Below, piece by piece: positions 30,076 to 39,243 of a DNA stretch of 64,000 nucleotides. The stretch covers positions 3,557 to 67,556 of the forward strand of contig JAZNCD010000078.1 in NCBI GenBank assembly GCA_045587365.1. The letters are read 5' to 3'. A program made the translations under genes and the position numbers. This DNA is from Clostridia bacterium. GTDB taxonomy: Bacteria > Bacillota > Clostridia > Monoglobales > Monoglobaceae. Position 1 is the first letter of the stretch, and each line of letters opens with the position of its first letter. Under the pieces are notes generated by a model. The model was not told where the DNA came from and did not search any database. It saw nothing but the letters and a program-made list of their open reading frames with translations.

Positions 30076-30333
30076 GTTAAAACATTTTAAAGGCTTTGTG
30101 TCGTCGACACAAAGCCTTTTTTTACTTTTTATCATCGAACGCGGACAAAACAAATCATCACATTCATTGCAATTACTATCACTCACATCTTCAATGCAAC
30201 ATAGCATGTAATAGCATTCATCACAACAACATTCTATCAATTCTCCATTTATATCAATATGTGCGCCATTTCCCAGGCAATCTATCCCATGATTACCTGG
30301 CGTTAATTCTATTCCTGTTACATCTATTATCAT
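29965..30333 (-). CDS. Cysteine-rich ORF (10 Cys in the first 70 aa); the reading frame runs through hairpin A into the antisense of the GGGtGRT gene
   Basis: MIIDVTGIELTPGNHGIDCLGNGAHIDINGELIECCCDECYYMLCCIEDVSDSNCNECDDLFCP... GGAG sits 10 nt before the ATG. There is no stop until 29965, so this may be a decayed or mis-terminated gene. Confidence 0.35.
   Translation of the reverse strand: MIIDVTGIELTPGNHGIDCLGNGAHIDINGELIECCCDECYYMLCCIEDVSDSNCNECDDLFCPRSMIKSKKRLCVDDTKPLKCFNLFLHCFFDSNCNCNSHTNHWVVTCADKSHHFNVCRN
30089..30123 (+). terminator. Terminator hairpin A (after the GGGtGRT gene)
   Basis: AAAGGCTTTGTGTCG-t-CGACACAAAGCCTTT followed by TTTT. Confidence 0.8.
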
Positions 30334-30447
30334 AAATTTCTTGCTCCTCTTGCAAACAGGACTGATATTAGTCCCATTATATCACATAATAAATATACAA
30401 TCAAATAAAAAGTGCTTATTTTGGTTTGTTTTGAAAGGATATTTATT

Positions 30448-30684
30448 ATGAAAGAACAAAAAATTAAACAAGATAAAATTTTTATAGGAAAAAATATTAA
30501 AAATATAAGAAAAGAAAAAAAGATAAAGCAAATAGATGTTGTCAAAAAAATGCAGTTAATGGGGATTGATATCACAAGGGAATCCTTTGTAAAAATTGAA
30601 AGAGGTATTCAGCATATTTACGCAACTCAACTAAAAGCCATAAAAGAAATATTGGACACATCTTATGACGAACTACTGAAATAA
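30448..30684 (+). CDS. XRE-family helix-turn-helix transcriptional regulator
   Basis: 78 aa: ...IGKNIKNIRKEKKIKQIDVVKKMQLMGIDITRESFVKIERG... (HTH_3 pattern). ATG 30448 lies 8 nt after GAAAGGA. Confidence 0.75.
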   Translation: MKEQKIKQDKIFIGKNIKNIRKEKKIKQIDVVKKMQLMGIDITRESFVKIERGIQHIYATQLKAIKEILDTSYDELLK

Positions 30685-30698
30685 TGAATAAAAAATTT

Positions 30699-30730
30699 AA
30701 GAGCTTTGTGTTGACGACACAAAGCTCTTT
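30699..30730 (+). terminator. Terminator hairpin B (diverged copy of hairpin A)
   Basis: AAGAGCTTTGTGTTG-a-CGACACAAAGCTCTT followed by TCTT. Same architecture as hairpin A. Confidence 0.65.
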
Positions 30731-30826
30731 CTTGCTTTATAATTAAATTTTAAACATAAAAATTTTTTAAAATTTTGGCAAAAAATATTTTACAGTAAAT
30801 AAAGTTATGGGGCACCTTCCAAATAT

Positions 30827-30855
30827 TTGACAAATATATCTTGTTATGATAAAAT
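30827..30855 (+). promoter_or_regulatory. Sigma-A promoter for lysA
   Basis: TTGACA - 17 nt - (TGa)TAAAAT. Confidence 0.6.
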
Positions 30856-30928
30856 TTATAGATAATATTTTAATGAGTAACAGATGTAAAAATTTTTACG
30901 CACCATTGTTTTTACAGGAGATGATAAA

Positions 30929-32230
30929 GTGGAATTTATAATGGAATGTTTAGGCATTAACGAAAACGGAATTTTACAGATGGGCGGTTGCGATTTAAAA
31001 GAAATTGCAAACAATTTTGGCACGCCTGCGTATGTTATGGACGAAGCCACAATACGCAAAAATTGCAGAGCCTATACTGACTCTATAAAAGAATATTACA
31101 ATGGCAACGGCATAGCTCTCTATGCCAGCAAAGCATTATCCTGCAAGTATATATACAGGATTATAAACGAAGAAAATATGGGTATTGATGTTGTTTCGGG
31201 CGGGGAAATGTATACGGCTCTCTCTGCCGGCTTCCCTGCAGATAAAATATATTTTCATGGAAACAACAAGACCGATGCAGAGCTTACTATGGCAATAGAA
31301 AATCGTATTGGCAGAATTATTGTTGACAACGAAGCAGAGCTTATACGTTTAAACAAAATAGCAGCTGAACATAATGTATGTGCAAACATTATGTTCAGAA
31401 TAAAGCCCGGAATCGATGCACACACCCACGATTTTATTATGACGGGACAGATAGATTCTAAATTCGGTGTAGCACTCGAAACAGGCGAGGCCGACGAAAT
31501 CATAAATACGGCAATCGCACTTGACAACATAAATGTAACAGGTCTGCATTGTCATATCGGGTCTCAGATTTTTGAACTTTCGCCTTTTGAGCTTGCTGCA
31601 GAAAAAATGATGACTTTTATTGCCGATATAAAGGACAAATACGGCCTTGAAATAAATGAATTAAACCTTGGCGGAGGCTTTGGCAGTAAGTATGTTGATT
31701 CTGACAATCCCATTGACTATGGTAGTTATATGGGTGCAGTTTCTTCTACTGTTCGACGTGTCGCGAAAGAACGCAACATCAAACTGCCCTTTGTAATCGT
31801 TGAGCCGGGTCGTTCTATTGTTGCAGAAGCAGGACTGACGCTTTACACTGTTGGTTCAGTAAAAGAAATACCTAATGTTCGCACTTATATTTCTGTCGAC
31901 GGTGGAATGAGCGACAATCCAAGATACATTTTATATCAGTCAGAGTATACGGTTGTTCCGGTAGAAAACCCATTGGCTGTCGCTGACAAAAAAGTGACCA
32001 TTGCCGGAAGATGTTGTGAATCAGGCGACTTAATAGGAGAAAACATCTATCTCCCTGAGGTAAAGCCCGGTGATATTCTCGCCGTACTTACAACAGGTGC
32101 ATATAACTATTCAATGTCAAGCAACTATAATCGTCTTCCTCGTCCTCCTATCGTTATGATAAAGGACGGCAAGCCGCATCAGGCGGTAAGACGCGAAACC
32201 TATGACGATATTATAAAATGTGATTTATAA
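30929..32230 (+). CDS. lysA: Diaminopimelate decarboxylase
   Basis: 433 aa PLP fold-III decarboxylase: ...YASKA..., ...HCHIGSQI..., ...EPGRSIVA..., ...CESGD... GTG start 8 nt after AGGAG. Confidence 0.93.
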   Translation: MEFIMECLGINENGILQMGGCDLKEIANNFGTPAYVMDEATIRKNCRAYTDSIKEYYNGNGIALYASKALSCKYIYRIINEENMGIDVVSGGEMYTALSAGFPADKIYFHGNNKTDAELTMAIENRIGRIIVDNEAELIRLNKIAAEHNVCANIMFRIKPGIDAHTHDFIMTGQIDSKFGVALETGEADEIINTAIALDNINVTGLHCHIGSQIFELSPFELAAEKMMTFIADIKDKYGLEINELNLGGGFGSKYVDSDNPIDYGSYMGAVSSTVRRVAKERNIKLPFVIVEPGRSIVAEAGLTLYTVGSVKEIPNVRTYISVDGGMSDNPRYILYQSEYTVVPVENPLAVADKKVTIAGRCCESGDLIGENIYLPEVKPGDILAVLTTGAYNYSMSSNYNRLPRPPIVMIKDGKPHQAVRRETYDDIIKCDL

Positions 32231-32245
32231 TTTTGGAGGAATATT

Positions 32246-32920
32246 ATGCTCAGAACTCTCACAACTACGCCATTTCCGCAAAATATAATAATTATACTGG
32301 TATATGCCTTTTGTGTATTGCTCAGCATCTCCATTCATGAACTGTCCCATGGACTTGCAGCCTATGCATCCGGCGATAATACTGCAAAATATACCGGCAG
32401 ACTTTCGCTCAACCCACTTAGCCATATGGACCCATTTGGGGCGCTCTGCCTCTTCCTCTTTGGTTTTGGCTGGGCAAAGCCTGTTCCTGTAAACCCACGC
32501 AATTTTAAAAACCCGAAATCAGGTATGGTAATCACTGCTCTGGCAGGTCCTCTGTCAAACTTTATTCTTGCGTTTATAGCACAGTTTGGAGCAGTATTGC
32601 TGAGTAGATCGCTTTATTCAATGAATACAACCATGGGTTATAATGTTGTATATATCGCGTGTCTTATATGTGTTTATCTTGCCCAACTAAGTCTTGGACT
32701 TGGAATTTTTAACCTTATTCCTGTTCCTCCCCTTGATGGCTCAAAGATTTTAAACGCAATACTTCCCGCAAGGTTATACTTTAAATATATGCAGTATGAG
32801 AGATATGGCTTTATCATACTGATATTATTGATTAACCTACCTATCTTCTCTTCTTTATTGTTTTCGTGCAGAGAAGCCGTAATAGGATTATTTGATACTA
32901 TAATCGGACTAATTATTTAA
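32246..32920 (+). CDS. Site-2 protease family (M50) membrane metalloprotease
   Basis: HELSHGLAA (HExxH) in TM1 and ...NLIPVPPLDGSK... (LDG motif). 224 aa. Confidence 0.85.
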   Translation: MLRTLTTTPFPQNIIIILVYAFCVLLSISIHELSHGLAAYASGDNTAKYTGRLSLNPLSHMDPFGALCLFLFGFGWAKPVPVNPRNFKNPKSGMVITALAGPLSNFILAFIAQFGAVLLSRSLYSMNTTMGYNVVYIACLICVYLAQLSLGLGIFNLIPVPPLDGSKILNAILPARLYFKYMQYERYGFIILILLINLPIFSSLLFSCREAVIGLFDTIIGLII

Positions 32921-32932
32921 ACAGGTGTTAAT

Positions 32933-33700
32933 ATGGAGCAATTAAAATTTAAGCTGGATAGCTTTGAAGGTCCTCTTGACCTGCTTCTTATGCTTATCCG
33001 CAAAAACAAAGTCAGTATTTATGACATTCCAATTTCAATAATACTGGAGCAATATCTCGGTGTTATGAACGAGATGAAAGAAATGGATCTTGAAATTTCA
33101 AGTGAATTTCTTGTGCTTGCCGCAACTCTTTTACAGATAAAATCAAAGATGCTCCTGCCAAAAACCGAGGACGAAGCCGAGGACGATATCGACCCACGTG
33201 AAGAGCTTGTCAAACGTCTTACTGAATACAAAAAAGTAAAAGAGTCTATTGGATACTTCAGGGACCGCGAAAATATCGGTTACTCAATGTTTTTCAAAAC
33301 TCCCGATGCGATAGAACGTCCGCCGGCTGAGCTTAATTACGCTATGCTCACACCCGAGAATATTTTACTCGCATACAGGCGTGCATATATGAGACTTGAA
33401 CGCAAAATGCCGCCACCAAAGCACTCTTTTACTGGAATTGTCGGTCACGAAAAAGTATCTATTCGTTCGAAGGTTTCAAATATTTGGAAGCAACTTATTA
33501 AAAAAGGGCAAATGATGTTTAAAGAACTATTTAAAGGCGCAAAGAACAAGCCTGAAGCGGTCGCTTCCTTCCTGGCAGTTCTTGAACTGATTAAAATAAA
33601 AAAAATCAGGATAGAATATTCAGAGGATGGAAATATCTCAAATCCAAAGGTATTCAAAACAGATGATATGGATTTAGATGTCAATTTAATAGATGATTAG
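32933..33700 (+). CDS. scpA: Segregation and condensation protein A
   Basis: ...FEGPLDLLLMLIRKNKVSIYDIPIS... Confidence 0.92.
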   Translation: MEQLKFKLDSFEGPLDLLLMLIRKNKVSIYDIPISIILEQYLGVMNEMKEMDLEISSEFLVLAATLLQIKSKMLLPKTEDEAEDDIDPREELVKRLTEYKKVKESIGYFRDRENIGYSMFFKTPDAIERPPAELNYAMLTPENILLAYRRAYMRLERKMPPPKHSFTGIVGHEKVSIRSKVSNIWKQLIKKGQMMFKELFKGAKNKPEAVASFLAVLELIKIKKIRIEYSEDGNISNPKVFKTDDMDLDVNLIDD

Positions 33701-33710
33701 GTGAAATATA

Positions 33711-34322
33711 ATGGAAATAAGAGAAATACAGGCTATAATTGAAAGCGTTTTGTTTGCAGCCGGCGATGCTGTTGAACTTGACAGGCTTGCAGACATTGTT
33801 GATGTTGACAAGCGCTCTCTCAGGGAAATACTTAAAAAAATGATGGATGACTACAGTTTTGGTCGCCGAGGAGTACAAATAATTCGTATGGAAGACAGCT
33901 ATCAGATGTGTACAAGAGGAGAGTATTACGAGTACGTTGCACGTCTTGCAGAGCCACCCAGAAAGCAGAATTTATCAAATGCGGCTTTGGAAGTTTTATC
34001 AATCGTTGCATATAAGCAACCTGTGACAAGAACATCTATCGAACATATCAGAGGCGTAAACTGCGACTACATAGTCAATCGATTGATAGAGCGTAATTTT
34101 ATTGAAGAAAAAGGCCGTCTTGACGCACCGGGCAGACCAATTCTTTTTGGTACAACGCAACATTTCCTTCGCTCATTCGGCATAACAAGTCTTGCAGACC
34201 TTCCCGAATTTGACTCCCTTGGTCAATCAGCTGAGGATGCAGAACAAATCGAGATGGAAGGCGTCATTGATTATAAACAGGAAGAAATGCCCGAGGCAAT
34301 TATACCTGATGATGAGGAGTAA
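33711..34322 (+). CDS. scpB: Segregation and condensation protein B
   Basis: ...IIESVLFAAGDAV... and ...LSIVAYKQPVTRTSIEHIRGV... Confidence 0.92.
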   Translation: MEIREIQAIIESVLFAAGDAVELDRLADIVDVDKRSLREILKKMMDDYSFGRRGVQIIRMEDSYQMCTRGEYYEYVARLAEPPRKQNLSNAALEVLSIVAYKQPVTRTSIEHIRGVNCDYIVNRLIERNFIEEKGRLDAPGRPILFGTTQHFLRSFGITSLADLPEFDSLGQSAEDAEQIEMEGVIDYKQEEMPEAIIPDDEE

Positions 34323-34358
34323 CTTGTATTTCTAAAGCAAAGAAGGTGATTTAATACA

Positions 34359-35042
34359 GTGATTTATATTATTCTTTCAGTAATTTTGATTATTGTATTA
34401 CTTCTACTTACTCTGTCACTTTGTTATATAACAATAGACTTGCATCTTAAAGAACATATTTTATATGTTAAAATAGGAAATAATATATATAAGAAAAAAT
34501 TAGAAATTGATTTGAGTAAACCAATGCAAGAAAAAAATAAAACAAGCGGCACGCCAAATGCAAATAAGACATCTTTTATTGACAAGCTTAAAGTTTTTAA
34601 AGACAGAGTTTTTGATGCAGATAAGGGGCTAAATTTTGACGAGATAAAAAATGTAACAAACGAGGTTTCCGATACTTACGCAGATATAATAGCTATCATT
34701 AAAAAAATCTTTGGAAAGCTCAGATACAAAACAAAGGTTACTGAGCTTAGAGTTGAGCTTGAGTATGGCACAGGCAATGCAGCAACCACAGGTATGCTAT
34801 ACGGAAGCATATGGCAATTACTTGGTGTTTTATATCCGATTGCATCAAGCTGGGCAGATATTGTATATCCGTCACTTGATATAACACCGGATTTTTATGG
34901 CAAACGATTTAACATTGAGGCATGGAGTATAATTAAGGTAAGACCGGCACATATTATAAATGCATCATTTTCTGCATTACTTACACCGGCTATTACCTAT
35001 TTAAAAGATAAATTTAAAAAAGGACGTGGAACAAATGGCTGA
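34359..35042 (+). CDS. ytfI: DUF2953-type sporulation protein (YtfI-like)
   Basis: 227 aa, N-terminal TM, ...LEYGTGNAATTGMLYGSIW... Located upstream of ytfJ as in Bacillus. Confidence 0.7.
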   Translation: MIYIILSVILIIVLLLLTLSLCYITIDLHLKEHILYVKIGNNIYKKKLEIDLSKPMQEKNKTSGTPNANKTSFIDKLKVFKDRVFDADKGLNFDEIKNVTNEVSDTYADIIAIIKKIFGKLRYKTKVTELRVELEYGTGNAATTGMLYGSIWQLLGVLYPIASSWADIVYPSLDITPDFYGKRFNIEAWSIIKVRPAHIINASFSALLTPAITYLKDKFKKGRGTNG

Positions 35043-35484
35043 TAAACACCCAATAGAAGGTATTATGTACACCGCCCTGCAGGGTCTTAAAGAAATGATT
35101 GATGTCAATACAATCGTAGGTGATGCAATCACTTCTCCTGATGGCTCTGTGATTATTCCGATTTCAAAAGTTGCAATCGGCTTTGGTGTCGGCGGAAGCG
35201 AATTTGAAAAGCACAAATCAAAAGGCAACGATGTATCACCGCAAAATTTGTTTGGCGGCGGCACAGGTGGCGGAATATCATTAACCCCCGAAGCATTTTT
35301 AATTGTTGGAAACGGTAAAATCAGAATGATTTCCGTTACACCACAAAACAGTGTGTATGACAGACTTCTCGATTTTGCACCTGCTGCAATTGACAAAGTA
35401 GCAGAGATATTTAAACCAAAAGCAAAAAAAGAGGATATCAAAATCACAACAGAGAAGGCTGAGCCTGCCGAATCAATTGAATAA
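35035..35484 (+). CDS. ytfJ: GerW/YtfJ family sporulation protein
   Basis: ...VNTIVGDAITSPDGSVIIPISKVAIGFGVGGSEF...GGGTGGGISLTPEAFLIV... Confidence 0.85.
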   Translation: MADKHPIEGIMYTALQGLKEMIDVNTIVGDAITSPDGSVIIPISKVAIGFGVGGSEFEKHKSKGNDVSPQNLFGGGTGGGISLTPEAFLIVGNGKIRMISVTPQNSVYDRLLDFAPAAIDKVAEIFKPKAKKEDIKITTEKAEPAESIE

Positions 35485-35490
35485 GTATTT

Positions 35491-35525
35491 TTAAGAGGGT
35501 AAAATGTTTTACCCTCTTAATTTTT
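35491..35525 (+). terminator. Intrinsic terminator after ytfJ
   Basis: TTAAGAGGGTAAA-atgt-TTTACCCTCTTAA followed by TTTTT. Confidence 0.85.
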
Positions 35526-35548
35526 ATGCAAAATTAATAAAAAAACAC

Positions 35549-35577
35549 TTGACAAATTGTGCACTCAGTGATATTCT
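35549..35577 (+). promoter_or_regulatory. Sigma-A promoter of the hrcA-grpE-dnaK-dnaJ operon
   Basis: TTGACA - 17 nt - TATTCT, immediately upstream of CIRCE. Confidence 0.7.
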
Positions 35578-35590
35578 ATGTTTGTATGTT

Positions 35591-35617
35591 TTAGCACTCT
35601 ATAAAGACGAGTGCTAA
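35591..35617 (+). promoter_or_regulatory. CIRCE operator (HrcA binding site)
   Basis: Perfect TTAGCACTC-N9-GAGTGCTAA. Confidence 0.95.
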
Positions 35618-35652
35618 CAATACATAAATTAACCGGACAGGAGTCGATAATA

Positions 35653-36723
35653 TTGCAGCTTGATGATAGAAAAAAATCAATACTTCGTGCAATCGTTGAA
35701 GGCTATATCGAAAATGCCGAACCCGTCGGCTCCCGCAGCATTGCAAAAAACACAAGTCTTAATCTAAGTGCTGCAACTATTCGTAACGAAATGGGTGACC
35801 TTGAGGAGCTTGGCTATCTTACACAACCCCATACGTCAGCCGGACGTATTCCCTCAGGTCTTGGATTTAGATTTTACGTAGACTCTCTTATGGAGAGATA
35901 TCTTCTCACATCGGCTGAGCTTGAGCAATTACGTGGTGCAGCTCTGAATAAAATGAGAGAGCTTGATAAAATTGTAAAGGATGTTTCTGCAGCTTTTTCA
36001 AGAGTTACCTCTCTTCCTGCATTTGGTATGCTTCCGGCAATTGAAACAGCTGTTGTAAAAGGCATAAAATTAGTTGTAATTGACGATAGAACATTGATGG
36101 TTATTGTCTCCGACAACTCCGGTCTTATCAAAAACAAACTCTTACGCCTTAAAGAAAGTGTGACAAACGAAGTTGTCGAAAAACTTACCGAGGTATTTAA
36201 CAATAACCTGACCGGGCTGACTGCGTCCGAGATTAATCTTGGAAATATAATCGAACTTCAAAATGCAGTGGGAGTAAATATTGAAATACTTACCTCTGTT
36301 CTTGAGCTTGTTCACGAAGCAATCTCCGAAATTGATAAACGTGAGGTATATATGGAAGGTACCACAAATTTGTTGCGCTTTCCTGAATATAATAATGTTG
36401 AAAAAATACGTGAGATACTTGGATTTTTTGAAGATAAAAATTCACTTGAAGAGATGGTACGCTCCTTTCCTGTGGTTAAAAGCGGCGAGGTTTCTGTGTT
36501 TATAGGCGATGAAAACCCTATTCCCGAGCTTAAAAATAACTCGGTCATCCTCTCTTCTTATAAAGTCGGCAAAAATATGACGGGTATAATCGGTGTTGTT
36601 GGTCCTATGCGAATGGACTATGCAAAAGCCGTAACCGGCGTTGACTTTTTTGCAAAACAACTTGAAAATATGCTTGGTGAGAGATTTAATGATATCTTGC
36701 CTGAGGATATAAACGATAAATAA
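35653..36723 (+). CDS. hrcA: Heat-inducible transcription repressor HrcA
   Basis: ...DRKKSILRAIVEGYIENAEPVGSRSIAK... The track GTG start (35611) lies inside CIRCE. The in-frame TTG at 35653, 9 nt after AGGAG, is more plausible. Confidence 0.9.
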   Translation: MQLDDRKKSILRAIVEGYIENAEPVGSRSIAKNTSLNLSAATIRNEMGDLEELGYLTQPHTSAGRIPSGLGFRFYVDSLMERYLLTSAELEQLRGAALNKMRELDKIVKDVSAAFSRVTSLPAFGMLPAIETAVVKGIKLVVIDDRTLMVIVSDNSGLIKNKLLRLKESVTNEVVEKLTEVFNNNLTGLTASEINLGNIIELQNAVGVNIEILTSVLELVHEAISEIDKREVYMEGTTNLLRFPEYNNVEKIREILGFFEDKNSLEEMVRSFPVVKSGEVSVFIGDENPIPELKNNSVILSSYKVGKNMTGIIGVVGPMRMDYAKAVTGVDFFAKQLENMLGERFNDILPEDINDK

Positions 36724-36743
36724 TATTAAGGAGAATTTCAAAA

Positions 36744-37292
36744 ATGCCCGATGAAAAAATAAATCAAAATACACCTGATGAAGTTATTGACGAAGAAATA
36801 AAAACAAATGAGCAAGCTGAAAGCGAAGCTGATGTTGAGCCTGAAAAATCCGAGCTTGATATTGCAAAAGAACAAATTGCAGGTCTTTCGGATAAGCTTA
36901 TGAGAACGGCAGCCGAATTTGATAATTATAAAAAACGTACTCTTCGCGAGAAAGAAGATTTTTATAAAATTGCAGTATGTGAGACAATCTCGCCTATTCT
37001 TCCTGTACTTGACAACCTTGAACGTGCAATTATTGCGGCTGAAGAAACTGAAGGCAGTGAAAGTGTTGTAAACGGTATCAAAATGATAAAAAAACAATTT
37101 GACGATGTACTTTCAACCATTGGCGTTGAGCCGATTGAGGCTGTTGGAAAAGAGTTTGACGCCGAAAAGCATAACGCCGTTATGATGGCGGACAGTGACG
37201 AGGTCTCAAATACCGTAATCGAAGAATTCCAAAAGGGATATTCATATAAGGATAGGGTGATAAGACACTCAATGGTAAAGGTTTCGAATTAA
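36744..37292 (+). CDS. grpE: Nucleotide exchange factor GrpE
   Basis: ...RTAAEFDNYKKRT...ILPVLDNLERA... Confidence 0.93.
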   Translation: MPDEKINQNTPDEVIDEEIKTNEQAESEADVEPEKSELDIAKEQIAGLSDKLMRTAAEFDNYKKRTLREKEDFYKIAVCETISPILPVLDNLERAIIAAEETEGSESVVNGIKMIKKQFDDVLSTIGVEPIEAVGKEFDAEKHNAVMMADSDEVSNTVIEEFQKGYSYKDRVIRHSMVKVSN

Positions 37293-37344
37293 TTTACTAT
37301 ATAAACATAACATTGTATTTAATTAAGAAAGGATATGATATATT

Positions 37345-39180
37345 ATGGGAAAAATTATTGGTATTGACTTGGGTACAACAAACTCATGTGTTTCTGTAAT
37401 GGAGGGCGGCGAGCCTACCGTTATTACAAATCCTGAGGGCGCAAGAACTACTCCCTCTGTTGTTGCTTTTACAAAAACAGGTGAGCGTTTGGTTGGTCAG
37501 GTTGCAAAGCGCCAGGCTATTACAAACCCCGACCGCACTATATCTTCTATCAAGAGAGATATGGGTACAGACAGAAAGGTTGCAATTGACGATAAGAATT
37601 ACTCTCCACAGGAGATTTCTGCAATGATACTGCAAAAGCTGAAAGCAGACGCAGAAAGCTATCTTGGAGAATCTGTTTCTCAGGCAGTAATCACTGTTCC
37701 TGCTTACTTCTCAGATGCTCAGCGTCAGGCTACAAAGGACGCAGGTAAAATTGCAGGTCTTGAAGTTTTAAGAATAATCAACGAGCCAACTGCAGCAGCG
37801 CTTGCTTATGGTCTTGACAAGGATACAGATCAGAAAATTCTTGTATATGACCTTGGTGGTGGTACTTTTGACGTTTCAATTCTCGAAATTGGCGACGGCG
37901 TATTTGAAGTTCTTGCAACAAGCGGTAACAACCGTCTCGGTGGTGATGACTTCGATGAAAAAGTTATGAACTACCTCGCAGATGAATTCAAAAAAGAAAC
38001 AGGAATTGACCTTAGAAATGATAACATGGCGCTTCAGAGACTTAACGAAGCCGCAGAAAAGGCAAAAATTGAGCTCTCAGGTGTTATGTCAAGCAATGTT
38101 AACCTCCCGTTCATTACTGCAGACGCTACAGGTCCAAAACACCTTGATATTACAATTACAAGAGCTCAGTTTGATTCACTTACTGCCGACCTTGTAGAAA
38201 AAACAATGGAACCAACAAGAAACGCTCTTCGTGATGCTGGTCTCTCTGCCGGTGATATTGATAAGGTATTGTTAGTAGGTGGCTCATCAAGAATTCCTGC
38301 AGTTCAGGATGCTGTACAGAAGTTTATCGGCCAGGAACCCCACAAGGGAATCAATCCTGATGAATGTGTTGCAATCGGTGCATCTATTCAGGCAGGTGTT
38401 CTCTCAGGAGATGTTGAAGATTTAGTACTTCTTGATGTTACTCCTCTTTCACTTGGTATTGAAACAATGGGTGGCGTATTTACAAAGCTTATTGAGCGTA
38501 ATACAACAATTCCAACAAAGAAGAGTCAGATTTTCTCAACAGCCGCTGACAACCAGACAAGTGTTGAGGTTCATGTTCTTCAGGGTGAGCGCGAGATGGC
38601 TGCATATAACAAAACTCTCGGCAGATTCAGTCTCAGCAACATTCCTCCCGCACCAAGAGGTGTACCACAGATTGAGGTTACATTTGATATCGACGCAAAT
38701 GGTATTGTAAATGTTTCAGCAAAGGACCTTGGTACAGGCTCAGAACAGAATATAACAATCACTTCAAGTACAAATCTCTCAGATGAGGATATCGAGAAGG
38801 CAGTTGCTGACGCAGAAAAGTTTGCGGCTGAAGATAAAAAGAAAAAAGAAGAAATTGATGTTCGCAACAACGCAGACAGTATTGTATATCAGACAGAAAA
38901 AACTCTTGGCGAAATCGGTGATAAGATTTCTGCCGACGAAAAGGCTTCTATCCAGAGCGAGGTTGATAAGCTTAAGGAAATGCTTAAGGAAGCTACGATA
39001 GATGTTGAAACTGTAAAGGCACAGACAGAAAGTGTACAGAAAAGCTTTTATGCAGTATCTGAAAAACTTTACGCTCAGGCTCAGCAGGCACAACAGGCAG
39101 CAGGCGCAGATGGTGCTCAAGGGGCTGCTGATGACAATGTTGTCGACGCAGAATACACAGAGGTAGACGACAATAACTAA
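37345..39180 (+). CDS. dnaK: Molecular chaperone DnaK (Hsp70)
   Basis: [16 protein letters not shown]..., ...[12 protein letters not shown]..., ...[14 protein letters not shown]... Confidence 0.98.
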   Translation: MGKIIGIDLGTTNSCVSVMEGGEPTVITNPEGARTTPSVVAFTKTGERLVGQVAKRQAITNPDRTISSIKRDMGTDRKVAIDDKNYSPQEISAMILQKLKADAESYLGESVSQAVITVPAYFSDAQRQATKDAGKIAGLEVLRIINEPTAAALAYGLDKDTDQKILVYDLGGGTFDVSILEIGDGVFEVLATSGNNRLGGDDFDEKVMNYLADEFKKETGIDLRNDNMALQRLNEAAEKAKIELSGVMSSNVNLPFITADATGPKHLDITITRAQFDSLTADLVEKTMEPTRNALRDAGLSAGDIDKVLLVGGSSRIPAVQDAVQKFIGQEPHKGINPDECVAIGASIQAGVLSGDVEDLVLLDVTPLSLGIETMGGVFTKLIERNTTIPTKKSQIFSTAADNQTSVEVHVLQGEREMAAYNKTLGRFSLSNIPPAPRGVPQIEVTFDIDANGIVNVSAKDLGTGSEQNITITSSTNLSDEDIEKAVADAEKFAAEDKKKKEEIDVRNNADSIVYQTEKTLGEIGDKISADEKASIQSEVDKLKEMLKEATIDVETVKAQTESVQKSFYAVSEKLYAQAQQAQQAAGADGAQGAADDNVVDAEYTEVDDNN

Positions 39181-39190
39181 TTGATTATCA

Positions 39191-39225
39191 CATAGGCATA
39201 AGGATAAAATCTCCTTATGCCTATG
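39191..39225 (+). promoter_or_regulatory. 14-bp perfect hairpin between dnaK and dnaJ
   Basis: CATAGGCATAAGGA-taaaatc-TCCTTATGCCTATG followed only by TTT. Probably an attenuator or processing/stability element. Confidence 0.55.
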
Positions 39226-39243
39226 TTTGAGGAGCTGAATATA

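Noticed and set aside
30096-30335. + strand 79-aa His/Cys/Asn-rich ORF opposite the Cys-rich ORF
   Set aside because: It starts inside terminator hairpin A, has no RBS, and its composition is implausible. It is the antisense shadow of the minus-strand ORF.
30089-30730. Integron-like attC sites flanking a gene cassette
   Set aside because: No integron integrase or attI is in the window. The hairpins have terminator architecture (perfect stem plus T-run), and the cassette holds two divergent ORFs. Kept only as a remote alternative in the cassette finding.
30736-30928. Possible lysine riboswitch (L-box) upstream of lysA
   Set aside because: The spacer is too short and too AT-rich. It contains only a promoter and has no L-box conserved cores (for example the AGAGGCGC or GGTGCC helices).
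35611-35652. GTG start of hrcA given in the ORF track
   Set aside because: The GTG is part of the right arm of the CIRCE operator. An in-frame TTG at 35653 with an AGGAG RBS is more plausible.
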